64,000 nt of DNA from Carcharhinus amblyrhynchos (lineage: Eukaryota), in the NCBI GenBank assembly GCA_965287045.1, contig OZ336876.1, positions 26,102,001 through 26,166,000 on the forward strand, written 5' to 3'. Within the stretch, counting starts at the first letter, position 1. Each line of letters begins with the position of its first letter. A program made the translations under genes and the position numbers. The notes under the pieces were generated by a model, which saw only the letters and a list, made by a program, of their open reading frames with translations, had not been told where the DNA came from and did no database searches. Shown in pieces: positions 26,755-39,399 of the stretch.

Positions 26755-26905
26755 TGAAAGAGACTTTTAGATAAGTACATGGAACTTAGTAAGATAGAGG
26801 GTTACAGGTAAGCCTAGTAATCTCTAAGGTAGGAACATGTTCAGCACAACTTTGTGGGCCGAAGGCCTGTATTGTTCTGTAGTTTTTCTATATTTCTATG
26901 TTCTA
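26755..26905 (+). mobile_element. Short CR1 3' end
   Basis: TTAGATAAGTACATGG...GTGGGCCGAAGGCCTGTATTG...TTTCTATGTTCTA tail. Confidence 0.75.
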
Positions 26906-27922
26906 CATTTAAGGAATTAACTGTTTTCTCTCTATGTACCACATTGCCAATAGTGCAAACATTACTCCAATACCAATGACATGATAAAAAAATCATTGCC
27001 AGTGCAATTTCTTTTTATTATAACAGCTTAAAACGATGAAAATTTAAATTTATTTTGTTCTTGAAGCTCTTTTCCCCTTTTTCATTGTTGTCTCCAGTTC
27101 AGAAAAATGTTTAGAAAATAAAATTGAATTTGCACAATTGTCCTTACTGATTATCAACATAGATCCTAATAATGGGTTTGACAGGAAATTGTTGGTATTT
27201 CTCTCCCTCTTGCATTACTCTCTTCCTGCTCCCCTCCCCCATTTTCTCTCCTCTCCAGCAGATGTAAGGTCTTCAACATGAAGTGTCAATTTCTTTCTTC
27301 ATGTCTGCTACCAATATTTTCTGTTTTTGTTTCCAGTATCAGTGGTGTTTTGTAGAAGTTTTCTATTTGATTATTGTGTGCTAAGTTGTTATGGTGCATT
27401 CCATGTATTGTATTTCCACAGAAGCTTCGTCAAACTGCAGGTCCCATTCACTGTTACTTTGTTATACAAGGGCCATTGGCCCAAGGTAGCTGGAAATCCT
27501 GAGTATCTCAGCTTAAGATGTTAAGGCCTGTGCAAGGAGGGCCTTTGATGGGCATCTCTAACTTCAAATAACCAATGTTAGGGATAAATTCCATGTTGTT
27601 TTTTCCTGAAGTCTGTAAGCTTTTAATGCATGCTTTATTTTGTAAATATTCTTTGAAAAGTTTACAATAAACCTAGGGAAGAAAGGAACAGAGCAAGTGA
27701 GGAAAATTACTTGAGGAACTTGGGCAGTTATGGTATTCGTGGTAGGAATGATTGCTATCAAAATCTTTCAGTACCAACTCAAAAAGAACATAAAAAGGCA
27801 AAACAAGTACTGCAATTTTTATGAATGTCATATAAACTAGCTTGCTGTTGGTCTGAAACCTTGCTGATTAGGTGACTATTTGTTGATAATGACAGCCACT
27901 GCTTAATACAATACATTGCAAT

Positions 27923-28105
27923 ATCATAGAATCCCTACAGTGCAGAAGGAGGCCATTCGGCCCATCGAGTCTGCACCAACCACAATTCCACCTAGGCCCT
28001 ATCCCCATAATCCAATGTATTTACCCAAGCTAGAATGTATAAATTCCACACAGAATGTACCCAAGCTGGGAATGGAACCTGGGACCCTGGCACTGTGAGG
28101 CAGCA
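27923..28105 (-). mobile_element. HE1-type SINE lacking most of the V domain
   Basis: tRNA head joined almost directly to the tail GGTGCAGACTCGATGGGCCGAATGGCCTCCTTCTGCACTGTAGGGATTCTATGA. Confidence 0.85.
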
Positions 28106-29377
28106 GTGCTAACCACTTGCCACCCCATTTTCTGATGGTTAGATGCCTGTGGTAAAAAAATATAACTTTTGGTCTGAATGGTTTCAAGGACTAAAAACCA
28201 CCCCCACCCCAGATCCTGTCCTGAATGGATAAGGTCATTTAAGCAGGAGGGAGGGTGCGTTAAGTGGCCTCCAAGTGCATATAGGAAACTAATCCACAGA
28301 TTCAATTAAAACACATTTGTACAATTTGAGAGAAGCACCACACCAGACTACAGTCACATGACAGGGCAGCAGCCAATCAAGAATGGAGCGCGAGGTCGGG
28401 ACATATATTGGTAATATTTTACTGGTAGGTAATATTTTCCCCAAAACCACATTATTTTACAGTTAGTGCAATGCTGATAGAAACATTGCCAAATTATGTG
28501 CGTGCATGTATCTCCAAATGAAAAGACTTACTTGATATAATTTTAGTTGTCAGTGCCAGATATTTGTTAAATGCCATTTAACTAGTTGCCTTACTTTGAA
28601 TTACATTGCAGCGCACAATAAGAAAGTCGCCTTTTGTCCAAATTTTCTGCGAACTGGTTGCCATAGATATAAAACAGGTGGCAAGCTGAAGAAGTGTTAA
28701 ACAGGAAAGATCTGACTCAGCAGCAAGGGACTGCCTGTCGAGATGAAGAGATTATCATTACAGCTATGTGTTGTTGTATAAATATTTGGGCTATGCACTC
28801 TCTGGAGCGTATTTGGGAAATGTTTTAATTCTTGTCCGGTGACATCAGGTATTGTTAACCCTTGTGAAATACAGCAATCTATCAATATTTGAAGTAATTA
28901 TTTAAGCTGACAGGCTGCCATCTGCTTGAGAAGATAGAACAAGGGAAGCAATATTTAAATTCCAGTCTCCTTACATGTCAGACATGGGCAGCAGATCCCC
29001 CTGGAGATAACCATTTGAAAGAATTTATTTTCTTAATAGCGAGCAGCAAGCTAACAATATAGCTGTGCTTTTAATGAACAAGATTATTACGCATCTTAAA
29101 AAAAACAGATTTTTTTTAGAGTCTATGTGCTAAATATTTACCATTTTCACTATTCTTTTGGACTACATTTTTATAAACTTTATCTAAACATCTTTAAAAT
29201 GGTGCAGATTTCGTGGTCTGATGTTGATGTACACATACAAAACAGCATTTTACTTGTGTGCAATCTCAAGTATTTATGTCAATGTTCACAGACAGTGGGA
29301 AATCAGGGAGAATCTGAGCTTTTTCACTCATCTCTTTCACTCTGTCCTTGTTGACACTTCATGTGTCAACAGTTGAA

Positions 29378-29822
29378 GTGTCAGCCATGGCAAAGTTGGT
29401 ATCACTGTTGTCACGAAGTCAAAAGGTTTGGGTTCAAATCCCATTCCAAACCTTGAGCACACAACTCTCGACTGAAACCTCAGTGCAATACTGAGAGAAC
29501 GCTGTACTGTTAGAGGCGCCATCTTTCAGATGATGCATTTAACCGATGCTCCATCTGCTGCCTGTGATGATTGCACAGCGCTATTTTGCAAAAAAACAGC
29601 AGGGCACCTATCCCCAGTGTCATACCCAATATTTAAACTTCAATCAATGTTATAAAAACAGATGATATGGTTATTATCACATTGCTGCTTGTCAGCCCAA
29701 GCTGTGCTCCATTTTGCTGCCATGGTTCCCATATTACAAAGTGATGACAATGCCAGAAGTTCTTGATAGGCTAAAACTCAGCTTGGAATATCCTGAAAGA
29801 CACTATGTAAATGCAAGTCTTC
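29378..29822 (+). mobile_element. SacSINE1/AmnSINE1-like DeuSINE, near full length, diverged
   Basis: tRNA head (GGTTCAAATCCCA), Deu-domain-like CAGTGCAATACTGAGAGAACGCTGTACTGTTAGAGGCGCCATCTTTCAGATGA and tail CACTATGTAAATGCAAGTCTT, matching recalled DeuSINE consensus. Confidence 0.75.
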
Positions 29823-32042
29823 TACTTCTCTTTAACTTAACTCCCCCAACCATCCAAATATTGCTCAAATTGTGAAATCCGAGCAACTGAGACAGAAATG
29901 CTGCTGCAGCAGCCTCAGCCCCTTGTGTTACAGAGGTGAACACCAAGGACAACAGGCTGTCAACACCAGCGACCCAGTTGGCACCTTCTGCTGAGTTCAG
30001 AGCTGTAAAGCTGCCAGCTTTGAAAGGGATACAGAATCTGGCTGTTAAAATGGGATACCCTCAGCGGGCTAGCAGAATGCACTTTAAATGCAGCGCCAGC
30101 TGATTAGATTCAACAGTCAGTTTGCTTAATAACACAGGACACCTTTTAACTAGATAAAGTTGCTGATTTTAAAGTCAGCAGTTCCACTGTGCTAAGTGCA
30201 GTGAAGACTGCTGTTGACATAGCTGAGGTGGGTGCAACATTGCAATGAGAGGAATCATGTTGGAAGAGCATTGTCAACTAACTTTCTTGGGTGTGTTGAG
30301 TGTCTGCCAGCTAAGTCACAGCTCAGTGAATAAAGAAGCTTAGATTTTGCAGATTAGCCATTCCAGTGCCAACTGATCTTGTTTGCAGAATCAGAGTAAC
30401 AGTGCTTGTTTGCAGAATGATTCTGAAGAGGCCATACATTTGAACTCAAGAGCAGCAATTAACAGTGTAATTTGGAGACTTTTTACTTCAGCCCATAAAG
30501 GTTTACAGCACAGAAGGAGGCCATTCAGTCAGTTATGTTAGCTCTGTGACAGTGTTCAAGTAGTTCAAACCTCATCAAATCACCCTGCTTTCTTCCCACA
30601 GCTGAGTAACTTGCCTGTTATAAAATTTTCCCAACTGTGACATTGGCCTTTACCATTCCCAGTGGCAAAGCTTTCTTTCCTTCAACAATTCACTGTATGA
30701 AGAAAATGCTTCATAACAATGCCCTTACAATGTAATTCATAATTACGCTCTTATCCAATTGTCCCCAAAAAGGAATTGGTGCCTTCTTTAGAGAAAGCAG
30801 AGATTAGAAATAATTTTACACATCAAGGAAAATATTAGACGTGTTCTATGTTTTTTTTATATCATTCTTCTAACTTGGCTAATTGCCACACTTAGGACTA
30901 TGCCAGTATTTTGCAATTGACTGCAGGAAACAATTGAACACAATTTTTTCTTGAGAATTTTTTTTTGCTTAAAAATACTTCTGCCAACTTTGGTTTCATA
31001 GCTGTGATATTAAAAACATTTTAAAGTGCTCCTATTAAAAGAAAAGCCCTTGTCCCACACTGTCTATTTCCCAGACGAGAAAGGTGGACAAGCAGTCTTA
31101 TCCTCGGTCTCTACAATTACTGCTATTTCTTTTTGCCAAGCTTCCCTTGTACGCACTGTGCAACCCAAACTTGCCATTACTACCTTTAAAGAACAGCTGG
31201 CATTTTGTACTTTTGTATCCAGTGATGACAGAACAACCACGGACAAACAATGCAGTGAAAGTCATCCAGAAATAGATCCCAAATGTTTCTTTTTAGAGTT
31301 AGTATCTAACTTTTATTAATCTATTTATGATATGTTTGCTTTGAGATCTCTGCCATGGTACTGTGTCGCAATGTGTATTCGTTTATTTGTTTTCCCTCTG
31401 TGATGGAGACTCCTGCTCCCCATGTCCTCTCCTTAAGTCACTGTCCCAGTGAACTCAGTTAAGATAGGGACTTACCAGGGGGTAATGTATTTGAATAGAA
31501 TTCCTGTTAGCATTGCTTTGACAGCTATTATCCTGTTTGTTTTGTGTGGAAAGGAATTTTGTGCAAATGTGTTAACTGGTACATTACCAGAGCAAACCTT
31601 GATTTATGGAGTTGATAGTTTTACGCGGTAAGTTTTTATGATCAGGGATACATTGCCTGGAAGAGCTGTCAAATCAATTTTAACAGTAATTTTCAAATGA
31701 AATTGGAACTATACAATGCAAATTCTGCAGGAATTTGAGGAAGATTGAGAGAGTGAAATTAATTGGATAGCTTTTTCAAAGAGTTAGCATAGGCACGATG
31801 GACCAAATTGCCACCTCCTGGATTTTTCACGATTCATAAAGATGAAGTCACGATCTACCATTTGTATGAGCCATATTGGTATGGTACAGAAACAGATTTT
31901 GCCATTATAATGTAGTGAGGAAAGAATAAAGCATGCTACTTGAAACACACAAAATGAAATAGGAACTACAGGGAAGTGTAAAATGGTCAAGTGCATAACA
32001 ATGTGCACAGAACCTGGTTATCCCTACTAAATAAAATATAAT

Positions 32043-32249
32043 GGGCGAAATTGTCCAGCCATACAGCTGCGTGCTTCCCACCAGCAGAAGATAGCTTGTT
32101 GTTTGATAGCAGTGGAATTATCTGGTCCTGCTGCTGTCAAAAGAATTCCCATTGACATCACCGCATGCCAGCGGGAAACCCATAGGTGGGGATGTGCTGC
32201 CAGCGGGACTGGCAAATACCGCCAATGTGAATGGCTATAGAATTCCGGC
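32043..32249. mobile_element. Short MITE of the same TIR class
   Basis: GGGCGAAATTGT ... AGAATTCCGGC ends; GC-rich relative to flanks. Confidence 0.5.
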
Positions 32250-33859
32250 AACATTTATTTGCGCTAATAGCAGAGAAGCCTATTTTCCCTCTGTTTAAGT
32301 GCGACTGTATAGAGTTCCTTAAATATTTTCTTTTGACTTTACACGGTGAAGTTTTTTTCTCACACGTTTGGGTACCTTTTCGATATCTGTTGAATGAACT
32401 CTCTTGATACAAGTCCTCGTAAAAGCTAGTCCATTTAACTACAATTACCAGCACAATTCATATGATCAATGCTCAAGTTCTTTACTGCTTTGTACGAATT
32501 TGATCTGGTCATCGCAATAGGTTTGTACCAGGGTATAATAATTGATAAAAGTGTTTCATGTACAATCATATTTGGGCCCAGGAATGTAAGGAGCTTTCAC
32601 TGGGAATGATATCGCTATTTTTAATATTATTAAAACAAAGAGGGTTAAAAGTTAACACTGCTCGATGCATCAGTGATTCTTCACACACTGCTCTGACTCT
32701 CCATGATGCAGCTATAGGGAATTGCAGAACTGACACCAGGTATTTTCCAACAAAGAAGAAAAACAATCAAACGTACAGTTTTGCATAGCCATTTCTGTTC
32801 ACCCAGTGAACAGTTTCCAACTATGTTGATGGGAACTTGGCGCAACTTATCCAACTTTGTGGGTGCTTTAAGCATCAAATGTGAGGGGAAAAGAGGCACT
32901 CCTAAAAATGAATTGCTCAGCAGAATTTGTTACTCCATTTGTAAAGTTTTATGATAGAATGCTTGGGGAGAAAAAAAGTCATAAAATGATGAAGAATGCT
33001 GCACTGATTTGCTTAAGGCCATTCTTAAATGTACTGAAAGAACATAATTATTTTTGCGCTTTTAAACAGTCAAATCATATGTTTCTATGGATACTGTTCG
33101 ATCAGTAAATAATTTGCATATGGCACCGAATATTCCCTGTCTCTTCACGTCTGCACCTTTTGCCTTTCAATTATTAAAGTTATGCTAATTAGTACAGCAT
33201 TATTAGCATTTCTCTTGGGAGGGAAATGGGAAGAATGGAGCTAAACTTGATTTAACATAGCGCCATATCACATGTAGATTTGCAGACTTGCAAACTTGGT
33301 CACTTGTGCCAAGCAGTTTTCACTTGGGTCGTTAATCGTAATTTACAGTGAGGTTTGATCTGTGGAAGGGGGGAGAAAAATCACAGTATCTCTCAGCTGG
33401 AAAGCATTGGTAATTTCAGCCAGTAAAACATTTGTGAAGAAAGCTCATCTTGAAAAAATAGTTTTAATTATTTCATGTTGAAAATACTTTGGCTGAGTTA
33501 TTGCCAGTATGTTGATTTGGACCACTGTTGTAATCATGTGTGGAATATTAAGAATCACGCACAAAAAGTACCTTGACCAAAGCAGTACTGAATACTATAT
33601 CATTAGCCAAAGTAAAATACTGATGCCTTTGCCAGTTCCCAAGCACAGGAACAATGCTGTTGTAACAGGGCTAAGTTCTCATAGAATAACAAGACAAATT
33701 AGCAAACTTTCTCAGTAATCTGTATATCAGACCAACATTTTTATATTGAAGCTTATCACAGTTTACTACTTGATACATTTCCTTTCCTTTTGCTTTTCGA
33801 TATTTACCTTGCTGCCAAAAGAATGCTTCACTTTTCAGAGAGAAAGATGATTTACCTAC

Positions 33860-34141
33860 CTTGTGCAGCCACTGCGTATTGTTTTCCATTATATTTTCAA
33901 GTTGCTGAAGTCTTTGCAAGGAGCCATCATTATCTGTTTCTGGAGAGTCCCTTTGCACCGTGTTAGGCACATATTGATTTGCCATCGTACGGCAGTTGTC
34001 CACCTCAGGAAGCAAAAAGGTATAACTGCAAGGCCCATGCTGTATTTGATAATGCCTTTTTCCAGTGTTATCCATACCCTTGCGAAACCCTGTTCCCAGG
34101 GACAGACTGCAGCTGAAGAAAAAGAGAGAAGGAATCAACAT
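33860..34141 (-). CDS. ANGPT2: Angiopoietin-2 coding exon 1 (signal peptide, superclustering domain, start of coiled coil; 94 codons)
   Basis: Translates MLIPSLFFFSCSLSLGTGFRKGMDNTGKRHYQIQHGPCSYTFLLPEVDNCRTMANQYVPNTVQRDSPETDNDGSLQRLQQLENIMENNTQWLHK, matching recalled ANGPT2 (FRKSMDSIGKKQYQVQHGSCSYTFLLPEMDNC...QRLQVLENIMENNTQWLMK). Ends at a phase-0 donor AAG|GTAGGT (GT at 33859-33858). Confidence 0.96.
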
Positions 34142-34770
34142 TTTCTGTGTCCGTTCAAAGTGCAGAGAGTCCTTTGTATATTAAGTGCAATCCAAGATTT
34201 TTTAAAGATCTGTCAAAAGAATTTTTCAGTTGTTCTGCTTTTATCCTCTGGAATTCTGTGGTAAAATTGCCAAGTACAAAGCACTGTGAACTATGACTGC
34301 TGATGTTCTGTCAAAACTGGAGTATTAAGGTTCTGTATTACTTCCTGTAGTCTTTCAGTCTGTGTTGCGCAGGCAGAGACAATGCTGTAAAGCAAACACA
34401 ATTCCCCACTGGCTTGGTTTCTCAGCTTGAAAGTGCCCTTTTATCTGAAGCCGTATGCACGTTTCTGCAGGCTGCTGTATCTGACTCGATCAATGCAGCT
34501 TTTTTTATGATAACTTAACAAGAATTGCCGAAGTGTTGTATTTGTGTATTCCCCTCTGTGCTGTCAGTAATCTTCCACCAGGGAGATCACTCTCAGACAA
34601 CACAGATACACGAGTATGTTTCTGTCCTACCCACACAGAACTTACCAAAACTCCAAAGAGAGATGATTGGCCAATAACAAAACCACTATTACTTCCCTTT
34701 CAACTCTTCAAGTGGGACCTATGAATAAACAGAAGGAATCATACTGGCTTCCCCTGGACTACGTGCAAAG
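34142..34770 (-). promoter_or_regulatory. ANGPT2: ANGPT2 5' UTR and proximal promoter region
   Basis: Immediately upstream of the ATG and repeat-free. TATA-like CATAAAAA (minus, ~34501-34508), ETS core ACAGGAAGT (minus, 34340-34348), palindromic ATTGGCCAAT (34666-34675), ACGTG cores at 34458-34462 (minus) and 34761-34765 (plus). No minus-strand ATG from 34142 to 34739. TSS position is inferred only. Confidence 0.65.
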
Positions 34771-37074
34771 AACAGTGTACAGCTAGAAATTAAGATGCGC
34801 AAAAAAGCTTATGAAGTGCAAAATGCCTTTTCTGAAATAACTAATGCCTTCATCAAATTACATTTCATAAAAAAGAAAATCTGTATCACTAATAGATGAT
34901 GCATTTAAAGGAAAAATACACCACTAAACAAGCAGCAAATTAGAAATATTTGTCTTGGTTGTGCCACACTTTGCAGATAACTTGATAAAGTGTTGTCAGA
35001 AATTGAAAACTTTCTTACTGTCATATGTACTAAATAAATTTCAGACAGTGAGTTGCAGTGTAAGCTTCGTAAGTCGACACATTTAAATTTAAGCGAACAG
35101 TTTTTAACAAATTCCAGAACTTTTAGTAATGTGCCACTAGCATGATTTTTTATTTATTTTAGATTTCAAGGATGTGTTGTCTGCTGATAAGGTTGCAGAT
35201 TCATTAGAATGCAGGACATAGTCTCCTTTCCGTTCAGAAACCTCGGTTCTGTTCAATTGTGAGAACTAAAAATTGTTCTCAGTATTTTTGAAACTGCTTT
35301 CTTTTGACATCCTTCCTATCAATTAATTCAACATTCTGCCAATCCAAACACATTTATATCACGCAAGTGGACCTTTATAACGAAGTTTCCAGTGTCATGA
35401 ATTAATCCATAAGCTATATCAAAACTTCAATATACTTCAAATGACTGAAGTAATTCTGAAATCAGTTCAGATAATCCTTTTTGACAATTTGCCAAGCTGC
35501 AAATTATTATATTGGAATTATTTTTTCCCGGCAAAAGAAGCAAGAAAGTTCGTTCACAAGGACTCTGCCGTTACCTTAGGTTCAGAGATATTTTGCAGGT
35601 CAGTTTTTTCTCAGGTATAGTGACTTCTTTTTTAAGCGTGATTATTACAGTTAAGTGTTCAGTTTTTCCCCATTAGGGATATGGCCCTCGTGAGGATCTG
35701 ACACTAAGAGTGATTAATTTGCATGCAAATCCAATGAGTTGTGCACTCTTAAGTTTGATAGGTCCTGCACACCAATGGGAAAAAATTATTTTCTTTCTCA
35801 AATGTTTAAAATACGATTGCCAGACAGCCTTCCTTTGGCAGTAAAGCTAAAAGTAATTTAAGTTCTTGAGAAAAAGGAAAAAAAAATCAGCTTGATTTTG
35901 TCGAAGATGGATTGCGAATTTTATGTAAAGTGTACATGGTGTGAGAAATGCTTTCTCGGTAGCACTGGTTATAAACTTTCAATAATATCACTTCGGTGAC
36001 AGATTTGCCCTTTGCAGGAGCGTGTTTATGGAGCAAGCATAAAAGCAGTGAGTTGAGAGGAGGATATTAATTTTCCCAATTGAAAAGGGAGCCAAATTAT
36101 TCAACATTGCTTGTCTGGCAAAGTTATTCAGACAAATAATTATTTTAGAGTTTGACTGCATGTGTACAAAGGATGATTGTCTTAAAATGGTAAACTGTGG
36201 GATGGCACAGTGGACACAGTGTGGTTGGCAAAATGTGGATAAACTTTACTGCAGAGGTTCAGATCTCAGCTATTCAATTGGGAGATACCTCAGAACAAAC
36301 TCGAAGCACTTCTTCAGAGGGAGCAACAGGAAAATTATCCAATTGACCATTCTTGCTCACTTTCGAGCAATTTACGGAGCAGCAAAAAAGAGGGTCAGAG
36401 AGCACTCAAGTCACTGAATATATTTTCCAAATTCTCTTAAGCATTCTCCAAAGGGAATGAACTCTGCAAGCATGTCTATTTTTAACTTATTAAATCAAAA
36501 TTCTTTTGTCCATATCCTCTGTTTATCTCTGAATATTATCACTTTGAACCGTGTTTGCAATTAAATGCTTTGTCTCAAGTGCTAAACATGTTTTTAGCCA
36601 CAGGATATATCTTAATTTGTTGTTCAAAAACTATTTCTTTATGAGCTGTTTTGGCAAGGTTCACACAACAGACTCAATTGGGCACTGTTTAACAGACGCA
36701 AGTGGGCCCTGTTTTCACAGAGTGCCAGTTCATACTAGATCTCTCGCTGTGCATTTCGTGTCTCACGGCAAGTTAAATGGAGACACAAATATTATGAAAG
36801 GCTAAAGTAAAAAGGAAGGAAAAGTAATTGTTCATCATTTTAGTTATCCTTTAGTAATTGACACCATAGAAATTTATGATGTCCTGTGGCTTCAATGCTT
36901 GGGGCAGATATTTCACCAAATGGACCCACTCGAAGCTGGGATGGAGTGAGTCCTACATCTGGCCAGGAATCCAACAATTGGACTGGAATTTGCTGTGAAT
37001 CTTGAGTTTAGCCCTGGCATTAGGATCACACTCCTGGATTTCCTGTTCAATAAAAGTGTGAGCTTAATGACTTG

Positions 37075-37479
37075 GGGGAGATAGTGGCGTAGTGGTAAGT
37101 CACAGAATTAATAATCCAAAGGCCCAACCTCGAATGTCCTGGATATATCAGTTCGAATCCCACTGTGGCAGCTAATGGAAAGTGAATTCAATTAAATAAT
37201 CTGGAATGTGAAGCTAGTCTCAGTAATGGTAACCATGAGTCATCAATTGTTGTAAAAATCTTTCTGGTTCATTAATACTCAGATGTCTTTTAGGGAAAGA
37301 AATCTGCCTTCTTACCTGGTCTGGCCTACATCTGGCTCCAGACATACAGCAATGTGGTTGTCTCTTAATTGCCTGCTTAAATAACCTCGCAAGCTGCTCA
37401 GTTCAAGGACGATTAAAGAAGGGCACAAATGCTGGCTCAGTCATTGATGGCCACATCCCATGAAACAACGCAGAAAAAA
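37075..37479 (+). mobile_element. tRNA-derived SINE (third family) with LINE-derived tail
   Basis: A-box GTGGCGTAGTGGT, B-box GTTCGAATCCC, tail GGGCACAAATGCTGGC...CCACATCCCATGAA; the same tail occurs reversed at ~39180-39300 and ~41285-41380. Confidence 0.78.
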
Positions 37480-37484
37480 GCCAT

Positions 37485-37611
37485 GGCTGGAATTTTACCG
37501 CCCTGCCTGCTATGGGAATCAGAGCAAGCAAGGGGCGGGTAGGGGGAAGGTCCATTGACCTTGGTTTGGATTTTACGGTTTCAGGACGAGCAAGGCCATA
37601 AATTACTGCCC
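37485..37611. mobile_element. 127-bp MITE
   Basis: TIR-like GGCTGGAATTTTAC / ATAAATTACTGCCC with 3-bp TSD CAT. Confidence 0.65.
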
Positions 37612-37619
37612 CATATGTC

Positions 37620-39170
37620 AGTTATAGGACTCATTTTAAAGTATTCACAGTAGAAATCAAGTGGATCTATTACAAGCGAGTAGAAGGATAGATCTGCAAT
37701 ATACGAAGGCTAGCCCCCGCCCTATACCCAGTTCTCTGATGCTTTAGTCCAAGGCCATGTTGTTAGCAATGAATGCCCAGTGGATGGAAGGCAGAGGCTA
37801 TCCTCTTAAATCGAACAGAGATAGATGGAAATTTATTGAAGAAAATTATCCAGAAGTCTTCTGTAGGATGTCAGTGGTGAAAGTGTGGTCAAAGAAGGAG
37901 TGGGACCAGTCAGGGACCTAAAAGAGGATTGATGTGCAAAGGCAGTACACACAGCTGTGGCAATAGCTGAATAATTTGCATCTGTCTTTATCCAGTAAGA
38001 AGATGCTGTTTGAGCCATAATGAATGAAGGGATAGTTGCGACAGTGGATCAGCTAAAAATTTAGAAAGCTAAAAGTTGAGAAGATACCAGGACTGGATGA
38101 GTCATATCTAAGGATACTGCAAGCATGAAGAGTGGAAATTACAGAGGCACTAGTCATAATCTTCCAACCCTCCTTTGATACAAGGGTGGTGCCAGAGAAT
38201 CAAATGCTCAAAAAAAAAGAGTGCAAGGATAACCCTAGCAGTTATGTGCTAAGCTGTATGTTCAACCTCAAGCAGTGGGAAAGCTTTAAGAAATGATCAC
38301 TTAGAGCAAAAGCAGTGGTCACTTGAACAAATATGGATTAATTCAGGAAAGCCAGTACAATGTTGTGAAGGGAAAATCATCTTTAACTAACTTGCTTGAG
38401 TTTTTATTTGAAAGAGCTAACAGAGAGGGTGTTGATGAGGATAATGTTGTGATGTAGTGTACATGAACTTCTAAAGAGCATTTGATAAAGTGGCACATAA
38501 GAGGATTGTCAGCAAAGTTAGATTTATTGGAATCAAAGAGACAGTGAAAACATGGATATAAAAGCTAGCTGAGAGACTAGAAACAGAGTGAATTGGTGAG
38601 CAGCTAATTTACAGATTAGAGGAAGGCAGATAATGGGTTTCCTTAGGGCTTGGTATTAAGGCCGCTGCTTTTCCTGATTTGTATTAATGATCCAGACCTG
38701 TAAAGAATGCAATTTCAAAATATAGAGCTGGTATCACATTTGGAAATATTGTGAACAGTGAGAAGGATAGTGATGAATTTCAAGAGGACATTGGCTGACG
38801 GAATGGATAGAAAAGTTGCAGATCAAATTTAAAGCAGAGAAGTTTAAAGTGATTCATTTTGGCAGGAAGAATCAGGAGAGGCAATATAAAAGAAAGTGGA
38901 CAACTCTAAACAGGGCAAGCAGTAGAGGGATTTCTATGAAGATAGATCTCTGGGATTGGAGAACAAGATTGAGCATAGACATTTCAAAGGGTAGGTGAAA
39001 AGGAAATAAGAGAGACAGAGGGAGTGAGAAGAGACTGGCAGCTAATACAAAAGTCTTCTGGAGACATCTAAAATAATAAGTGAGGTAAAATGAGGGTAGG
39101 ATCCTAATCGAGGACCGACCGGTGGAGGCAAAGGGAATGGCTGAGGTACTAAGTGAGTACTTAAAACTAA
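37620..39170 (+). mobile_element. Decayed CR1 reverse-transcriptase region
   Basis: Remnants of SQ..VKGKS.LTNLLEF, DVVYMNF.RAFDKV.H, LGPLLFLI.IND and QIKFKAEKFKVIHFGRKN with many frameshifts. Confidence 0.85.
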
Positions 39171-39399
39171 TCACAAGATGTGTCCCTTGTTGGCTCGGCC
39201 AGCATTTGTTGCTCAGCCCTAATTGTCCTTGAGAAACTGGTGGTGAGTTGCCTTCTTGAACTACCCTACAGGCCATGTGGTGTCGGGACAACCACAGTAC
39301 TGTTTGAGAGGAGGTCCCTTAACATAGGAGTGCCAGATGTCTCTCATACTCAGGTTTAGCTGAGTTGTGCCTGGATGAGCCTGTCATTAATTTTTATAG

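Larger units (their letters stand above)
5711..33859 (-). other. ANGPT2: ANGPT2 intron 1 (28,149 bp, GT-AG)
   Basis: Bounded by the exon 1 donor and exon 2 acceptor identified above. Confidence 0.9.

Noticed and set aside
33671-33859. C-terminal part of the 156-aa ORF (VGKSSFSLK...)
   Set aside because: Read-through into intron 1 after the GT donor; angiopoietin similarity stops at WLHK.
33863-34264. 133-aa plus-strand ORF overlapping exon 1
   Set aside because: Antisense shadow of ANGPT2 exon 1 with no recognisable protein features.
37075-37170. tRNA gene-like A and B boxes (also in HE1 heads)
   Set aside because: No full cloverleaf; they continue into SINE bodies and LINE-derived tails.
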